A DNA stretch of 64,000 nt from Dehalococcoidia bacterium (GCA_016933195.1 JAFGBN010000009.1:26899-90898), one strand, 5' to 3'; positions 9,847 through 19,372 are shown, numbered from the stretch's first letter. Numbers and translations: made by a program. Notes: generated by a model not told the origin, from the letters alone.

Positions 9847-10218
9847 GTGACCTCTGTTGGCGTTGATATTGTAGAGGCGGAGCGTATTGAATCAGCAACC
9901 AGGCAGTGGGGGAAGCGCTTTTTAGACCGAGTTTATACTGAAGCTGAGCTCAAGCTTTGCCGGGATAGAGTCTTACCCTTAGCTGCTCGATTTGCTGCCA
10001 AGGAGGCAGTGATGAAAGTCCTGGGCACTGGTGCCAAAGGCATTAGCTGGCGTGAAATCGAGATTCTGGCTGATGGTAATGGTAAGCCTTTAGTCAAGCT
10101 TTATGGCCGAGCTAGAAACAAAGCTGAAGAGCTAAACCTGAACGGATTTTCTATCAGCCTCTCCGATACGAAGCAACTCGCTATTGCTGTAGCTATAGGT
10201 AGCTCTAACTCTTGTTAG
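9847..10218 (+). CDS. acpS: holo-[acyl-carrier-protein] synthase
   Basis: 123 aa: GVDIVEAERI, FAAKEAVMKVLGTG, ISLSDTKQLAIAVAI. The last 5 codons overlap the convergent MBL gene. Confidence 0.9.
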   Translation: MTSVGVDIVEAERIESATRQWGKRFLDRVYTEAELKLCRDRVLPLAARFAAKEAVMKVLGTGAKGISWREIEILADGNGKPLVKLYGRARNKAEELNLNGFSISLSDTKQLAIAVAIGSSNSC

Positions 10219-11116
10219 TTGCCTCTCGAAGGTACTGGCTAAAGCCTTTGACGCTATTTAGGAGGAATCCCCTTTCCCTTTCCCCGAAGTGAGATTTAAC
10301 TATATAATCACAGCTTTCGTCTTGGCTAAGTAGCTTGTGGTAAATTTTGTCGGAACTTTCCTCGTTCATAATGCCATCAAATATGATTCTCCGCCACAAA
10401 TTTAGCTGATTTCCATAGGAAAGGAGCTTGTTAACGGAGTCTGTAGCAGGGCCAAAGTGAGCATAGCAAAGAAGAGCGGGCTCCAATCTGACAAGCTTGT
10501 CTATTGAAGATAACATTTGCTCGAGATCGAATGGCGGAGGAGTAGAAGGCCGAATTCTCCCTAGGGTATATACCCCTCCTGCCTCGCCAATGAAGAGAAT
10601 TTTATTTTTCCTTTCCAGAAAGCTTAGATGATGGGGAGCATGGCCGGGGGTAAGAAGCGCTTCGAGTTCGATACCTTCACCCAAATCGAAGATTTCCCCC
10701 TCATCAGGGGTTAGGATTCTTTCCTCGGGGACCGGGTATATCATACCATATGCCTCTGCTAGTTCACCAAGAATCTTTTTGCTCCCCTGCCAGAGTTTTT
10801 CTGGATCGACCAAATACTTTTTCCCTCTCTCATGAACCACAACTTTTGCTCGCGGCATGGCTGGCAATATCTTTCCTATGCCACCGGCATGGTCAATATG
10901 GATATGCGTGATAAAGATATACTCTACATCCCCAGGGTCAACTCCAAGTTCGTCTAACCCCCGAAGAATATTTTGTGAGCAGCTTGAAGGCCCGACATCA
11001 ACCAAAGCAAGCTTTTCCCTTCTAATAACGTAGCATCCAATAAACTGTTCGAATCCTGGAATAGCTAGTTCCAAATCAAGAAGGCTTACCTTTTCTGCTA
11101 CCGGGTAAATTTCCAT
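10205..11116 (-). CDS. MBL-fold metallo-hydrolase
   Basis: 303 aa with THIHIDHAGG (HxHxDH) and TPGHAPHH motifs. Confidence 0.8.
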   Translation of the reverse strand: MEIYPVAEKVSLLDLELAIPGFEQFIGCYVIRREKLALVDVGPSSCSQNILRGLDELGVDPGDVEYIFITHIHIDHAGGIGKILPAMPRAKVVVHERGKKYLVDPEKLWQGSKKILGELAEAYGMIYPVPEERILTPDEGEIFDLGEGIELEALLTPGHAPHHLSFLERKNKILFIGEAGGVYTLGRIRPSTPPPFDLEQMLSSIDKLVRLEPALLCYAHFGPATDSVNKLLSYGNQLNLWRRIIFDGIMNEESSDKIYHKLLSQDESCDYIVKSHFGERERGFLLNSVKGFSQYLREATNKS

Positions 11117-11229
11117 GGCAAAGCAGACCTTTTATAATTATAGGACTCTCACTTCACTTCGTCTATTCAAGGAGTCTTGTTTACTGGCAGCGCGTAATCT
11201 AAACTGAGTAAGTTGCGTATGGCGTAAGA

Positions 11230-11394
11230 GGTGTCTGACCTGAAGTTGAAATTCTGACCCACAGCAATGGTGAACCTTTAGTTAAACTTTATGGTCGAGC
11301 CAGTAATAAAGCTCAAAAGCTGAGTCTGAGTGAACTTTCCGTTAGCCTTTCCGATACCAGGCAACACGCTGTTGCTATAGCAATAGGCACATAA
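11230..11394 (+). pseudogene. orphan acpS 3'-end remnant 1
   Basis: Translates EVEILTHSNGEPLVKLYGRASNKAQKLSLSELSVSLSDTRQHAVAIAIGT*, colinear with AcpS EIEILADGNGKPLVKLYGRARNKAEELNLNGFSISLSDTKQLAIAVAIG. No upstream part of the gene is present. Confidence 0.75.
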
Positions 11395-11485
11395 ATTTCA
11401 GGCACCACATATCTTTACTAGCCTTGGTTACATGTTATAATAAGACCTAAATTAGAAGGCATCGATTAGGAAAGAGCAGGCTAGT

Positions 11486-12004
11486 ATGAGCAGTACAGAA
11501 GGTAAAATAGAAGTTAGACCCATGAATCTTAAAGACACCGACGCTATCCTTTCCATTGATAAGGAAATAAGAGCAGCAGGGAAAGCCATTACTTACGCAA
11601 ATTTGACTACTGAATATGTCTTATCCACTGACAGGAAAGCAAGTTATCAGGACAATCCAACTAGCTATGTAAGTTCGATTACTGGAAACGTAGCAGCACT
11701 ACTTGACTTTAGCTTTGTAGCTGAAGCTGATGGTCAGGTTCGTGGCTTTATTTTGGGCCAGTTGGCATGTCTGCGTGAAGCTGCTACCGATCTAGGCGTA
11801 ATTCAAATGATAGGGGTTCACCCCAAGTATCAGCGGAAAGGTATTGGCGCTAAGCTTGTCAATGCACTAGCTGACAAATATCGCTCCAAAGGTATTAAAA
11901 TAATGCGCATAGGAATAGACCACCGAGATAAGAGCTTGCTTAGTTTGGTTGAGGATATGGGCTTCGGCGTTGGTCGACTTATAGTTTATGCCAAGATCTT
12001 GTAA
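11486..12004 (+). CDS. GNAT-family N-acetyltransferase
   Basis: 172 aa with the acetyl-CoA motif IGVHPKYQRKGIGAKLVNAL. Confidence 0.8.
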   Translation: MSSTEGKIEVRPMNLKDTDAILSIDKEIRAAGKAITYANLTTEYVLSTDRKASYQDNPTSYVSSITGNVAALLDFSFVAEADGQVRGFILGQLACLREAATDLGVIQMIGVHPKYQRKGIGAKLVNALADKYRSKGIKIMRIGIDHRDKSLLSLVEDMGFGVGRLIVYAKIL

Positions 12005-12060
12005 GGTGTGACTCCCACTTCTCTCTAAATCCTCTTTAGTTCTTAAAACATTCCCATGTC

Positions 12061-12111
12061 AGCCTTTCCCATGCTAAACCATACGTAGTGGCTGCAGCAA
12101 TAGGCACATAA
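12061..12111 (+). pseudogene. orphan acpS 3'-end remnant 2
   Basis: agcctttcccatgctaaaccatacgtagtggctgcagcaataggcacataa aligns with the last 51 nt of remnant 1 (SLSHAKPYVVAAAIGT* versus SLSDTRQHAVAIAIGT*). Confidence 0.55.
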
Positions 12112-12193
12112 TCTAGTTCAGATAGCCGAGTGACACCTCAAAGTGGGGGGTTATCTTCCACTTTAAGTTTGGGCAAGCCATAGCAGTTCCCTG

Positions 12194-12260
12194 TGTCATT
12201 GCGAGCTGAAGGCGCGGCAATCTCAGGGATTGCTTGTCTCTATCGCTCCTTGCAATGACA
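12194..12260. repeat. closed palindromic copy of the gtcattgcgag / gcaatc repeat family
   Basis: tgtcattgcgag...gcaatc tcagg gattgc...cttgcaatgaca. The outer arms match 10/11 and the inner 6-bp stem is perfect. Related modules occur at 47085-47178 and 50812-50927. Confidence 0.6.
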
Positions 12261-12345
12261 AAAGGGAGTAACATCGAGGCTAACCCTTGTAAGCAAAACC
12301 AGGCTTAATTTGCGGCCGCCTCTAGTGTTCGCCTGCAGTGACTTG

Positions 12346-12543
12346 TTAGGCGACCTTCTCGTACCAAACAGAGATGAACAGTTTACTGTGATCGAAGCTT
12401 ACCCAATGGGCAGATTGCTTGATGCTAATCACTCTGGTAGAGAGATTCTTTTCGAGCCAGCTATTGCTCTCATTCTCAAGATCGAGTTAGTTACTTTCCT
12501 TCTTGCCCAAAGGAGTGTCTTTTGCGAACAGTTTTACTTTCAT
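12346..12543 (-). pseudogene. 66-codon remnant with an in-frame TAA (possible N-terminus of a nuclease-like protein)
   Basis: AAGGAG 7 nt before the ATG. Translation: MKVKLFAKDTPLGKKESN*LDLENESNSWLEKNLSTRVISIKQSAHWVSFDHSKLFISVWYEKVA*. In-frame TAA at 12487-12489. Family assignment is weak. Confidence 0.3.
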
Positions 12544-12745
12544 TTGGTTCTCCTTAATTATTCATGTAGGCGCCTAATTGCTGATTATACGGAAGACTTT
12601 CTACATATGCAGGAGCCCCCCATTATCTCCCCGCCAGAACCACTTCCCTTTACAAAATTGCGATTGCATTCCGCACGGGCACAGACTCATGGTGTAGTAT
12701 GTACCGTTAGTCACTCAAGAAATTCTGCTATAATTGGCACCAGCT

Positions 12746-14272
12746 ATGCTGGCTAAAGTAACAAGCTGCGCCGTGGTTGGGCTGGAGGGAGCCCTGGTGG
12801 ATGTGGAGGTTGACATTTCGCCTGGGTTACCCTCCTTTACGATTGTAGGCTTGCCAGATAAAGCGGTTCAAGAAGCAAGAGAGAGGGTAAGGTCAGCTAT
12901 AAGAAACTCTAACTACAAATTCCCTACCAGACGCATTACTGTTAATTTGGCCCCGGCAGACTTGAAAAAGGAAGGCCCTGCTTATGACCTGCCCATAGCC
13001 ATAGGCATACTAATTAGCTCCCAACAGCTATATGCTGACGCTGACCTTTCACACAGCATCTTCTTAGGCGAACTCTCCCTTGATGGCAAACTACGCCACA
13101 CTCATGGCATATTGCCTATGGTAGCTTTAGCCAAGGATAAAGACCTATCCAGTGTGTTTGTGCCTTCGGATGATGTTAAAGAGGCATCCTTAATAAGGGG
13201 TATGCACATATTTCCTGTAGAATCGCTCGCTCAATTGGTCACTCACCTTCACGGGGAAATAGGCATTCCTGAATACCACAGTGAAACAAACTGGCAACAA
13301 GAAATCCGCCACGATTACGTCTTTGACCTTACTTACGTTAAGGGACAGGAACATGCCAAGAGGGCTCTAGAGATAGCAGCGGCAGGAAGGCATAATATCC
13401 TGATGATTGGGCCACCAGGAAGTGGTAAGACCATGTTAGCTCGCTCCTTGCCTTCGATATTGCCTAGGTTAACCATGGAGGAGGCCATAGAGGTGACTAA
13501 AATTTACAGCGTCAGTGGATTGCTGCCACAGGATACCCCTATCATTGTGGAGCGTCCTTTTCGCTCTCCTCACTACACCATCTCCCATGCTGGCTTGGTG
13601 GGAGGGGGGCAATGGCCACGGCCCGGGGAGATAAGCCTGAGCCATCATGGAGTGCTCTTTCTGGACGAATTCCCTGAATTTGGACATGCTTCCCTGGAAT
13701 CTTTGCGCCAGCCAATGGAAGACAGAACAGTCACAGTCAGTCGCGTTCAGGGCAGTGTTACCTTTCCCGCCAGCTTTATGCTGGCATCAGCTATGAATCC
13801 TTGTCCCTGTGGCTATTATGGAGATCCGTTTAAGGAGTGTAAATGCTCAGCAGGGGAAATTTCCCGTTATCACAAGAAGATAAGCGGACCTTTACTAGAT
13901 CGCATTGACCTCTTTATTGATGTTCCCCATATCGATTATGAAAAGCTCACTGAAGATAAGCCTGCAGAGGCCTCAGAAAAGGTTAGAGGTAGAGTCAAGG
14001 CAGCTCACGAAATCCAGCTTGGGCGCTTTCAAGGAACAGAACTCTATTGCAATGCTGATATGACACCTAAGGAGGTCAAGGAATTCTGCATTGTAGAGTC
14101 AGCATCACAAAATTTGCTTCGCGCTGCTATGAAACAACTTCACCTCACCGCCCGTTCTTTCCACCGTATCCTTAAGCTTTCCCGAACCATCGCTGATTTG
14201 GAAGGTAGCGACATCATCAAGGCATATCATGTAGCTGAAGCTTTGCAGTACCGGCGTAAGGAATTTATGTAA
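12746..14272 (+). CDS. comM: YifB/ComM family Mg-chelatase-like AAA+ ATPase
   Basis: MLAKVTSCAVVGLEG start, Walker A GPPGSGKTM, HHGVLFLDEFPEF, and a C-terminal RSFHRILKLSRTIADLEG helix. Confidence 0.9.
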   Translation: MLAKVTSCAVVGLEGALVDVEVDISPGLPSFTIVGLPDKAVQEARERVRSAIRNSNYKFPTRRITVNLAPADLKKEGPAYDLPIAIGILISSQQLYADADLSHSIFLGELSLDGKLRHTHGILPMVALAKDKDLSSVFVPSDDVKEASLIRGMHIFPVESLAQLVTHLHGEIGIPEYHSETNWQQEIRHDYVFDLTYVKGQEHAKRALEIAAAGRHNILMIGPPGSGKTMLARSLPSILPRLTMEEAIEVTKIYSVSGLLPQDTPIIVERPFRSPHYTISHAGLVGGGQWPRPGEISLSHHGVLFLDEFPEFGHASLESLRQPMEDRTVTVSRVQGSVTFPASFMLASAMNPCPCGYYGDPFKECKCSAGEISRYHKKISGPLLDRIDLFIDVPHIDYEKLTEDKPAEASEKVRGRVKAAHEIQLGRFQGTELYCNADMTPKEVKEFCIVESASQNLLRAAMKQLHLTARSFHRILKLSRTIADLEGSDIIKAYHVAEALQYRRKEFM

Positions 14273-14312
14273 CTCAGGCTTGCTTGGCTGGCTCATAATT
14301 AGCTGAGGAAGC

Positions 14313-14576
14313 TTAATATAAAACCAGCCACAAAACTCCGCCAGCGATTGCCAGTATAATGCCAATGATAAGGGAAATCCTGCCACCTATTTGCCATGCA
14401 TTTAGCCAGGGACGCTTCGGCTCATGGGTTACAAATTCCTTCACGTCTCTCTTGGTAAGTAATATAGAATTATAGTATTTGTTCCTTTCCATCTTATTCC
14501 AAAGAGTGAAAGCGACACCGAGAAGGATAAAAAAGCCTCCCATCCCCAAGATAGCTTGGCAAGTGACAAGTGGCAT
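14313..14576 (-). CDS. small membrane protein
   Basis: 87-aa ORF with two hydrophobic helices at the N- and C-termini. No family recognised. Confidence 0.45.
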   Translation of the reverse strand: MPLVTCQAILGMGGFFILLGVAFTLWNKMERNKYYNSILLTKRDVKEFVTHEPKRPWLNAWQIGGRISLIIGIILAIAGGVLWLVLY

Positions 14577-14590
14577 GGCACTTAATCCCT

Positions 14591-14617
14591 CCCTGAAAAT
14601 TCAGGGAATTTTCAGGG
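14591..14617. other. perfect 10-bp hairpin between rplL and the next gene
   Basis: ccctgaaaat tcaggga attttcaggg. No U-tract on the transcribed (minus) strand, so it is not a canonical terminator. Confidence 0.4.
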
Positions 14618-14621
14618 AACT

Positions 14622-15089
14622 CTACTTAATTTCTACAACTGCTCCAGCACCTTCCAACTTCTGTTTTGCTGTATCGACTTCCTCCTTAGAGACGCCTTCT
14701 TTCACTACTTGTGGAGCAGCTTCTACCAAATCCTTGGCTTGTTTTAGTCCTAGGGAGGTTATTTCGCGTACCGCCTTGATAACCTCGATTTTTCTTTCAC
14801 CAAAGCTCTTTAAGGTGATGCTGAATTCTGTTTTTTCTTCTGCCGGGGCTGCTTCTGCTGACTCACTGGGAACCGCTGCTGGTGCTGCCGCCATAGCCAT
14901 GGGAGCAGCACTGACTCCAAATTCGCTCTCCAAAGTCTTAACCAAATCAGATAGGTCCATCACTGTCATATTCCTAATGGCAGCAATAATCTCTTCTTTG
15001 GTCAATCCTTCAGCCTCTTTCTTTGCCTTCGAAGATTTCTTTACTCCTGTCTTTTCTTTAGTTTCTTCTTTTAGTTCCTCCGGCGGCAT
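14622..15089 (-). CDS. rplL: 50S ribosomal protein L7/L12 with a Lys/Glu-rich N-terminal extension
   Basis: The core [31 protein letters not shown]...[10 protein letters not shown]...AGAVVEIK is canonical. AAGGAGG lies 5 nt before the ATG at 15089. An alternative TTG start at 15005 would give a normal-length protein. Confidence 0.9.
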   Translation of the reverse strand: MPPEELKEETKEKTGVKKSSKAKKEAEGLTKEEIIAAIRNMTVMDLSDLVKTLESEFGVSAAPMAMAAAPAAVPSESAEAAPAEEKTEFSITLKSFGERKIEVIKAVREITSLGLKQAKDLVEAAPQVVKEGVSKEEVDTAKQKLEGAGAVVEIK

Positions 15090-15103
15090 ACTTTCCTCCT
15101 TTA

Positions 15104-15625
15104 TTATTCACTAAGTTTTTGACTCCTACTCTGTAACACGTTCAATAGCCCTTGTAAGGGAGAATTGAGAACATTATGTAACCTTACTATGGTGGCTTGC
15201 AATCCAGCTATTAGCTGAGAGATAAGAACCTCCGTAGGCGGTAAACTAACAAGGTTTAGCACTTCCTCTGGCGCAAGTACTCGTTCTCCCAGCAATGCCC
15301 CCCTAATTTGCAAAGTTGATTCTGTGGATTTGATATATTGACTGAGAACTCTAGCTGGATTGACTACGTCACCATGGCCAAAGGCCAGAGCCACAGGACC
15401 CTCGATTATATCCACTATATGTTCCCTATCTGCCTTGTCAGCAGCAAAACGTGTTAAGGTATTTCTGACCACATGGTATTCAGTATCTGCCTTTGCCAAG
15501 GTATTGCGCAATTCATCCATTTGCTTGGCCGTGAGGCCCTGATAATTGGTAGCAATGATAATAGTGCTTCGAGATAAGTCGTCAGCTAATTTATTGATTA
15601 TTTGCGTCTTCTCTTCTCTTAACAT
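15104..15625 (-). CDS. rplJ: 50S ribosomal protein L10
   Basis: 173 aa; position between rplA and rplL; [18 protein letters not shown] motif. Confidence 0.95.
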   Translation of the reverse strand: MLREEKTQIINKLADDLSRSTIIIATNYQGLTAKQMDELRNTLAKADTEYHVVRNTLTRFAADKADREHIVDIIEGPVALAFGHGDVVNPARVLSQYIKSTESTLQIRGALLGERVLAPEEVLNLVSLPPTEVLISQLIAGLQATIVRLHNVLNSPLQGLLNVLQSRSQKLSE

Positions 15626-15942
15626 CTTTCCATCCTGGGAAGAAAAATCCTATACTAGCTAACCTGTCCCTAACAAGGAAGGGCACTGCTAGGAAGGCAT
15701 TTCTTCCCTTGACCTTCTAACAAATAAGGGGATAACGTTGGGAGAGCATTCTCTTCCTACCAGGATTGCTGAGGCACTTCGTACTTCGGAAGGACACAAG
15801 AGCCTCAGCAGGCAAATCCTTTAAACCTTTTAAGGTACCTGCTATCACTGGCACCAATATCTATTTTAACAAAATTTCGGGCTTTAGTCCCAAGACTAAA
15901 TTGTATTCTTATTTAGATTTCTTCTTATTTGCTTTAGCAAAT
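15626..15942 (-). promoter_or_regulatory. putative rplJ-rplL leader region
   Basis: 317-nt untranslated spacer between rplA and rplJ containing a 9-bp stem (tgctgaggc 15767-15775 / gcctcagca 15802-15810). The position matches L10-leader autoregulatory RNAs. The motif itself was not verified. Confidence 0.35.
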
Positions 15943-16653
15943 CTAACTAGCTAGAGACAGCAATGATCCCATATCAAGCTTGAATCCTGGGCCCATGCTG
16001 GTGCACAGGGACACACTCTTGATGTATTGACCCTTAGCTCCACTAGGCTTTGCCTTAACTATAGCTTCAACCACTGCTGCTACATTTTCTAGAAGCTTAT
16101 CATTGTCAAAACTGATTTTCCCAATAGGTAAATGGATAACCGCTGTTCTATCTAAGCGAAACTCAGCTCTACCCATACGAGCCTCGCTCACAACTCGGGG
16201 CAAGTCCTGAGGTGGCACCATAGTACCAGACTTAGGATTGGGCATCAATCCCCGTCGTCCTAAAATACGCCCGAGCTTTGCTACCTTGGGCATCATGTCA
16301 GGAGTAGCTACAGATACATCGAATTCAAGCCATCCATCTTCAATTCGCTTAACAAGCTCATCCCCTCCAACATAATCAGCCCCTGCTTCTTCAGCTAATT
16401 TTATTGCTTCACCTTGGGTAAACACAAGCACACGTGTCCTTTTCCCCAACCCGTTAGGCAATAGTACTACTCCTCGCACTTGTTGATCGGCACTGCGTGG
16501 ATCAACACCCATTTTCAAATGGAGCTCAACAGTTCCATCAAATGCAGCATAAGAAGCCTTCTTAGCTAAATCAACGGCCTCTTCAACTGAGTAAGTCTTT
16601 GACTTATCTACAAGTTTACTAATTTCCTGGTATTTCTTACCGTGTTTTGCCAC
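15943..16653 (-). CDS. rplA: 50S ribosomal protein L1
   Basis: 236 aa: MAKHGKKY start, [23 protein letters not shown]. Confidence 0.95.
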   Translation of the reverse strand: MAKHGKKYQEISKLVDKSKTYSVEEAVDLAKKASYAAFDGTVELHLKMGVDPRSADQQVRGVVLLPNGLGKRTRVLVFTQGEAIKLAEEAGADYVGGDELVKRIEDGWLEFDVSVATPDMMPKVAKLGRILGRRGLMPNPKSGTMVPPQDLPRVVSEARMGRAEFRLDRTAVIHLPIGKISFDNDKLLENVAAVVEAIVKAKPSGAKGQYIKSVSLCTSMGPGFKLDMGSLLSLAS

Positions 16654-16698
16654 TTAGTTATACTCTCAAAATTCTACAAATTTTTAGGTGGATCAAAC

Positions 16699-17124
16699 CT
16701 ACTCCACGTCTATTCCCATGCTTCGAGCTGTACCTATAACAATACTCGCCGCCTTATCGATATCGGTAGTATTGAGGTCTTTCACTTTACTTCGAGCAAT
16801 TTCGTAAATCTTGTCCTTGCTTATCTTGTCTTCTAAATTTTCATTCCCCGGGGTACCGCTACCTTTTTCCACTCCTAAAGCGTGGCATATTAAATCAGAA
16901 ACAGGTGGCATCTTGGTCACAAAGCTAAAGGAACGATCGACATACACAGTTATCTCAGCGGGAATTATAAAACCTTCCTGGGAGACAGTTCGCTCATTGT
17001 ATTCTTTACAAAAAGCCATAATATTGATACCGTGTTGTCCCAAAGCAGGTCCCACCGGAGGTGCTGGGGTAGCTTTACCTGCTGGGATTTGCAACCTAAT
17101 GATCGTTTTTACCTTCTTTGCCAT
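16699..17124 (-). CDS. rplK: 50S ribosomal protein L11
   Basis: 141 aa: [33 protein letters not shown]. Confidence 0.95.
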   Translation of the reverse strand: MAKKVKTIIRLQIPAGKATPAPPVGPALGQHGINIMAFCKEYNERTVSQEGFIIPAEITVYVDRSFSFVTKMPPVSDLICHALGVEKGSGTPGNENLEDKISKDKIYEIARSKVKDLNTTDIDKAASIVIGTARSMGIDVE

Positions 17125-17168
17125 GTTACGACATCCTAATAATCTGTAGACTTTTCAAGGAACCTTCG

Positions 17169-17708
17169 TTATATACTCTCCACTCCTAAAAGGTCCAGTT
17201 CTACAGGTGTTTCCCTGCCAAAAAGTGATAGCAAGACTTTCACTTTGCCCTTGTCCAGATTAATTTGATCTACCTTGCCAATAAAATCAATGAATGGGCC
17301 GTTCGTCACACGCACACTCTGCCCTTCCCTAAAAGTCACTTTAACCTCGGAAGGAGCCTCCTGCATGCGTTGCAAAATGGCGTTCGCTTCTTCTCTAACT
17401 AAAGGAACAGGTTTAACGCCAGTACTCACAAAGCCAGAAACGCCAGGGGTATTCCGTACTACATCCCAGCTATGCTCATCTAGTTCCATGTTAATCATAA
17501 TATAGCCAGGGAAAGCTTTCTTATCTACAGTGCGACGCTTCCCGACTTTGATTTCGATCTCCTTAGCGGTGGGTATCACTATATCAAATATCTTATCATC
17601 TACATCCATATATTTAATTCGCTGCTTCAGGTTTCTCTTAGCTTGTTCCTCATGCCCGGAAGAAACATATAATAAGTACCACTCTCCATTAAGCATCTCT
17701 TTAGCCAC
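17169..17708 (-). CDS. nusG: transcription termination/antitermination factor NusG
   Basis: 179 aa: WYLLYVSSGHEEQAK N-terminal domain, FPGYIMI, and a C-terminal KOW (GQSVRVTNGPFIDFIGKV). Confidence 0.95.
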   Translation of the reverse strand: MAKEMLNGEWYLLYVSSGHEEQAKRNLKQRIKYMDVDDKIFDIVIPTAKEIEIKVGKRRTVDKKAFPGYIMINMELDEHSWDVVRNTPGVSGFVSTGVKPVPLVREEANAILQRMQEAPSEVKVTFREGQSVRVTNGPFIDFIGKVDQINLDKGKVKVLLSLFGRETPVELDLLGVESI

Positions 17709-17943
17709 CTAATAAGAAACTAGCTAACAGCCTGGTGAAGCCATAATCTAAAGCACCTAGGATGCCCCCTACTGTAACACAGACAATAATAACCAGTAAA
17801 CTTAATCTGAAGGCCTCCTGCCTTGTTGGCCAGTGCGCTTTTCTTAATTCTTCTACTACCTCAGCAAAGAACCTAAGTCTCGACTTCTTAGCTGGTGCAG
17901 CAACAGACTTGACAACTTTAGTTTTTTGAGTATGGCCTGTCAT
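17701..17943 (-). CDS. secE: preprotein translocase subunit SecE
   Basis: 80 aa: FFAEVVEELRKAHWPTRQE followed by a single TM segment. Lies between rpmG and nusG. Confidence 0.8.
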   Translation of the reverse strand: MTGHTQKTKVVKSVAAPAKKSRLRFFAEVVEELRKAHWPTRQEAFRLSLLVIIVCVTVGGILGALDYGFTRLLASFLLGG

Positions 17944-17973
17944 ACAGTTTGCTTCTCTCCGCTCGCCATGGCA

Positions 17974-18144
17974 CTACCTCGCTTCCCTATGAAGAGTATG
18001 GATGCGGCAATAAGGGCAGTACTTGTTTAGCTCCAACCGCTGGGGATCATTCCTCTTATTCTTTGTCGTAACATATGTTCTCCGTTGACATTGGTTACAA
18101 GCCAAATGGATAATTGTGCGCAGTTCACCCTTCTTCTTGGCCAT
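17974..18144 (-). CDS. rpmG: 50S ribosomal protein L33
   Basis: Not in the ORF track (56 aa). My own translation is [56 protein letters not shown], with CxxC...CxxC. Confidence 0.85.
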   Translation of the reverse strand: MAKKKGELRTIIHLACNQCQRRTYVTTKNKRNDPQRLELNKYCPYCRIHTLHREAR

Positions 18145-18146
18145 AT

Positions 18147-19349
18147 CTATGCACTAATCTTGGTGAACACTCCTGCGCCTACTGTCCTTCCACCTTCCCT
18201 GATAGCGAAACGCAATCCATCTTCCATGGCTACAGGAGAGATAGTCTTGATTTTCATATGGGTTAAGCTATCCCCAGGCATAGCCATTTCGACACCCTCA
18301 GGGAGGCTTATCTCGCCAGTAACATCCATAGTCCTGACATAGAACTGAGGCTTATATCCATTAAAGAAAGGAGTATGCCTGCCGCCTTCTTCCTTAGTTA
18401 ATATATACACTTCAGCTTCGGCTTCGTCATGAGGCTTAACTGTGCCAGGTGCCGCCAAGACTTGACCTCTCTGTATCTCATCTCTATCTATACCCCGCAA
18501 TAGCACACCTATAGCATCACCAGGCTCCGCCTCAGTCATGCCCTTGTGAAACATTTCCAAGCTAACTGCTGTTGTCTTCCTGGTTTTTCCTAACCCTACA
18601 ATCTCTATCTCATCTCCAGCCTTGATGGTCCCACGCTCAACCCTGCCTGTAGGCACAGTTCCTCGCCCTTTTATACTAAACACATCTTCCACTGGCATCA
18701 AGAAAGGTTTATCTTTATCTCTCTTTGGCATGGGAATATATTCATCTATGGTATCCATCAACTTCCATATTCCACCACACCATTGACATTCTCTTTTGCC
18801 GCAGCCACATTCCAGAGCCTTGAGAGCACTTACTCTCACAATAGGGACTTCATCTCCGGGGAAGTTGTAACTTTTTAGCAAGTCTCTAATCTCCATCTCC
18901 ACCAAATCCAACAACTCAGGGTCTTCCATCAAGTCTACTTTGTTGAGAGCCACCATTATGCGGGGAACTTCCACTTGCCTGGCTAGGAGAACATGCTCCC
19001 TAGTTTGTGGCATAGGCCCATCGTCAGCAGCAACAACCAAAATAGCTCCGTCCATTTGAGCTGCTCCAGTTATCATGTTCTTAATGTAATCAGCATGCCC
19101 AGGGCAGTCAACATGGCAGTAGTGTCGAATGGCGGTTTCATACTCAATATGGGCAATGGCAATTGTCAACCCTCGGGCTTTCTCCTCAGGAGCGTTATCT
19201 ATGGAATCGAAGGCACGAAACTGAGCTTGACCAGCTTTGGACAACACCTGAGTTATGGCTGCAGTCAATGTGGTTTTGCCATGATCAACATGTCCTATAG
19301 TACCCACATTGAGGTGTTCTTTAGTGCGCTCATAAACTTTTTTAGCCAT
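18147..19349 (-). CDS. tuf: elongation factor Tu
   Basis: 400 aa: [22 protein letters not shown]. Carries a [11 protein letters not shown] insert in domain I. Confidence 0.97.
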   Translation of the reverse strand: MAKKVYERTKEHLNVGTIGHVDHGKTTLTAAITQVLSKAGQAQFRAFDSIDNAPEEKARGLTIAIAHIEYETAIRHYCHVDCPGHADYIKNMITGAAQMDGAILVVAADDGPMPQTREHVLLARQVEVPRIMVALNKVDLMEDPELLDLVEMEIRDLLKSYNFPGDEVPIVRVSALKALECGCGKRECQWCGGIWKLMDTIDEYIPMPKRDKDKPFLMPVEDVFSIKGRGTVPTGRVERGTIKAGDEIEIVGLGKTRKTTAVSLEMFHKGMTEAEPGDAIGVLLRGIDRDEIQRGQVLAAPGTVKPHDEAEAEVYILTKEEGGRHTPFFNGYKPQFYVRTMDVTGEISLPEGVEMAMPGDSLTHMKIKTISPVAMEDGLRFAIREGGRTVGAGVFTKISA

Positions 19350-19372
19350 TTTGACTAACCTCCTTCATCTAA

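Noticed and set aside
12306-12338. taatttgcggccgcctctagtg followed by ctgcag resembles the BioBrick prefix gaattcgcggccgcttctagag (18/22 matches, NotI intact) plus a PstI site, hinting at vector contamination.
   Set aside because: The EcoRI and XbaI sites are both mutated and there is no vector backbone or suffix scar nearby. The context is native-looking repeat and remnant DNA, so this is most likely a post-hoc coincidence. A VecScreen-type search would settle it.
12310-12756. 148-aa plus-strand ORF in the acpS-comM spacer.
   Set aside because: No SD and no recognisable motif. It runs through repeat and remnant DNA and into the comM start, so it is treated as spurious.
14479-15114. Long ORFs antisense to well-supported genes. 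Examples: 14479-15114 opposite rplL, 1714-2160 opposite the GltB-like gene, 5829-6275 opposite nadE, 20847-21350, 22379-22897, 51825-52352, 54608-55105 and 57750-58259.
   Set aside because: These are shadow frames of strongly supported genes, with low-complexity Ser/Pro/Leu-rich translations and no start signals.
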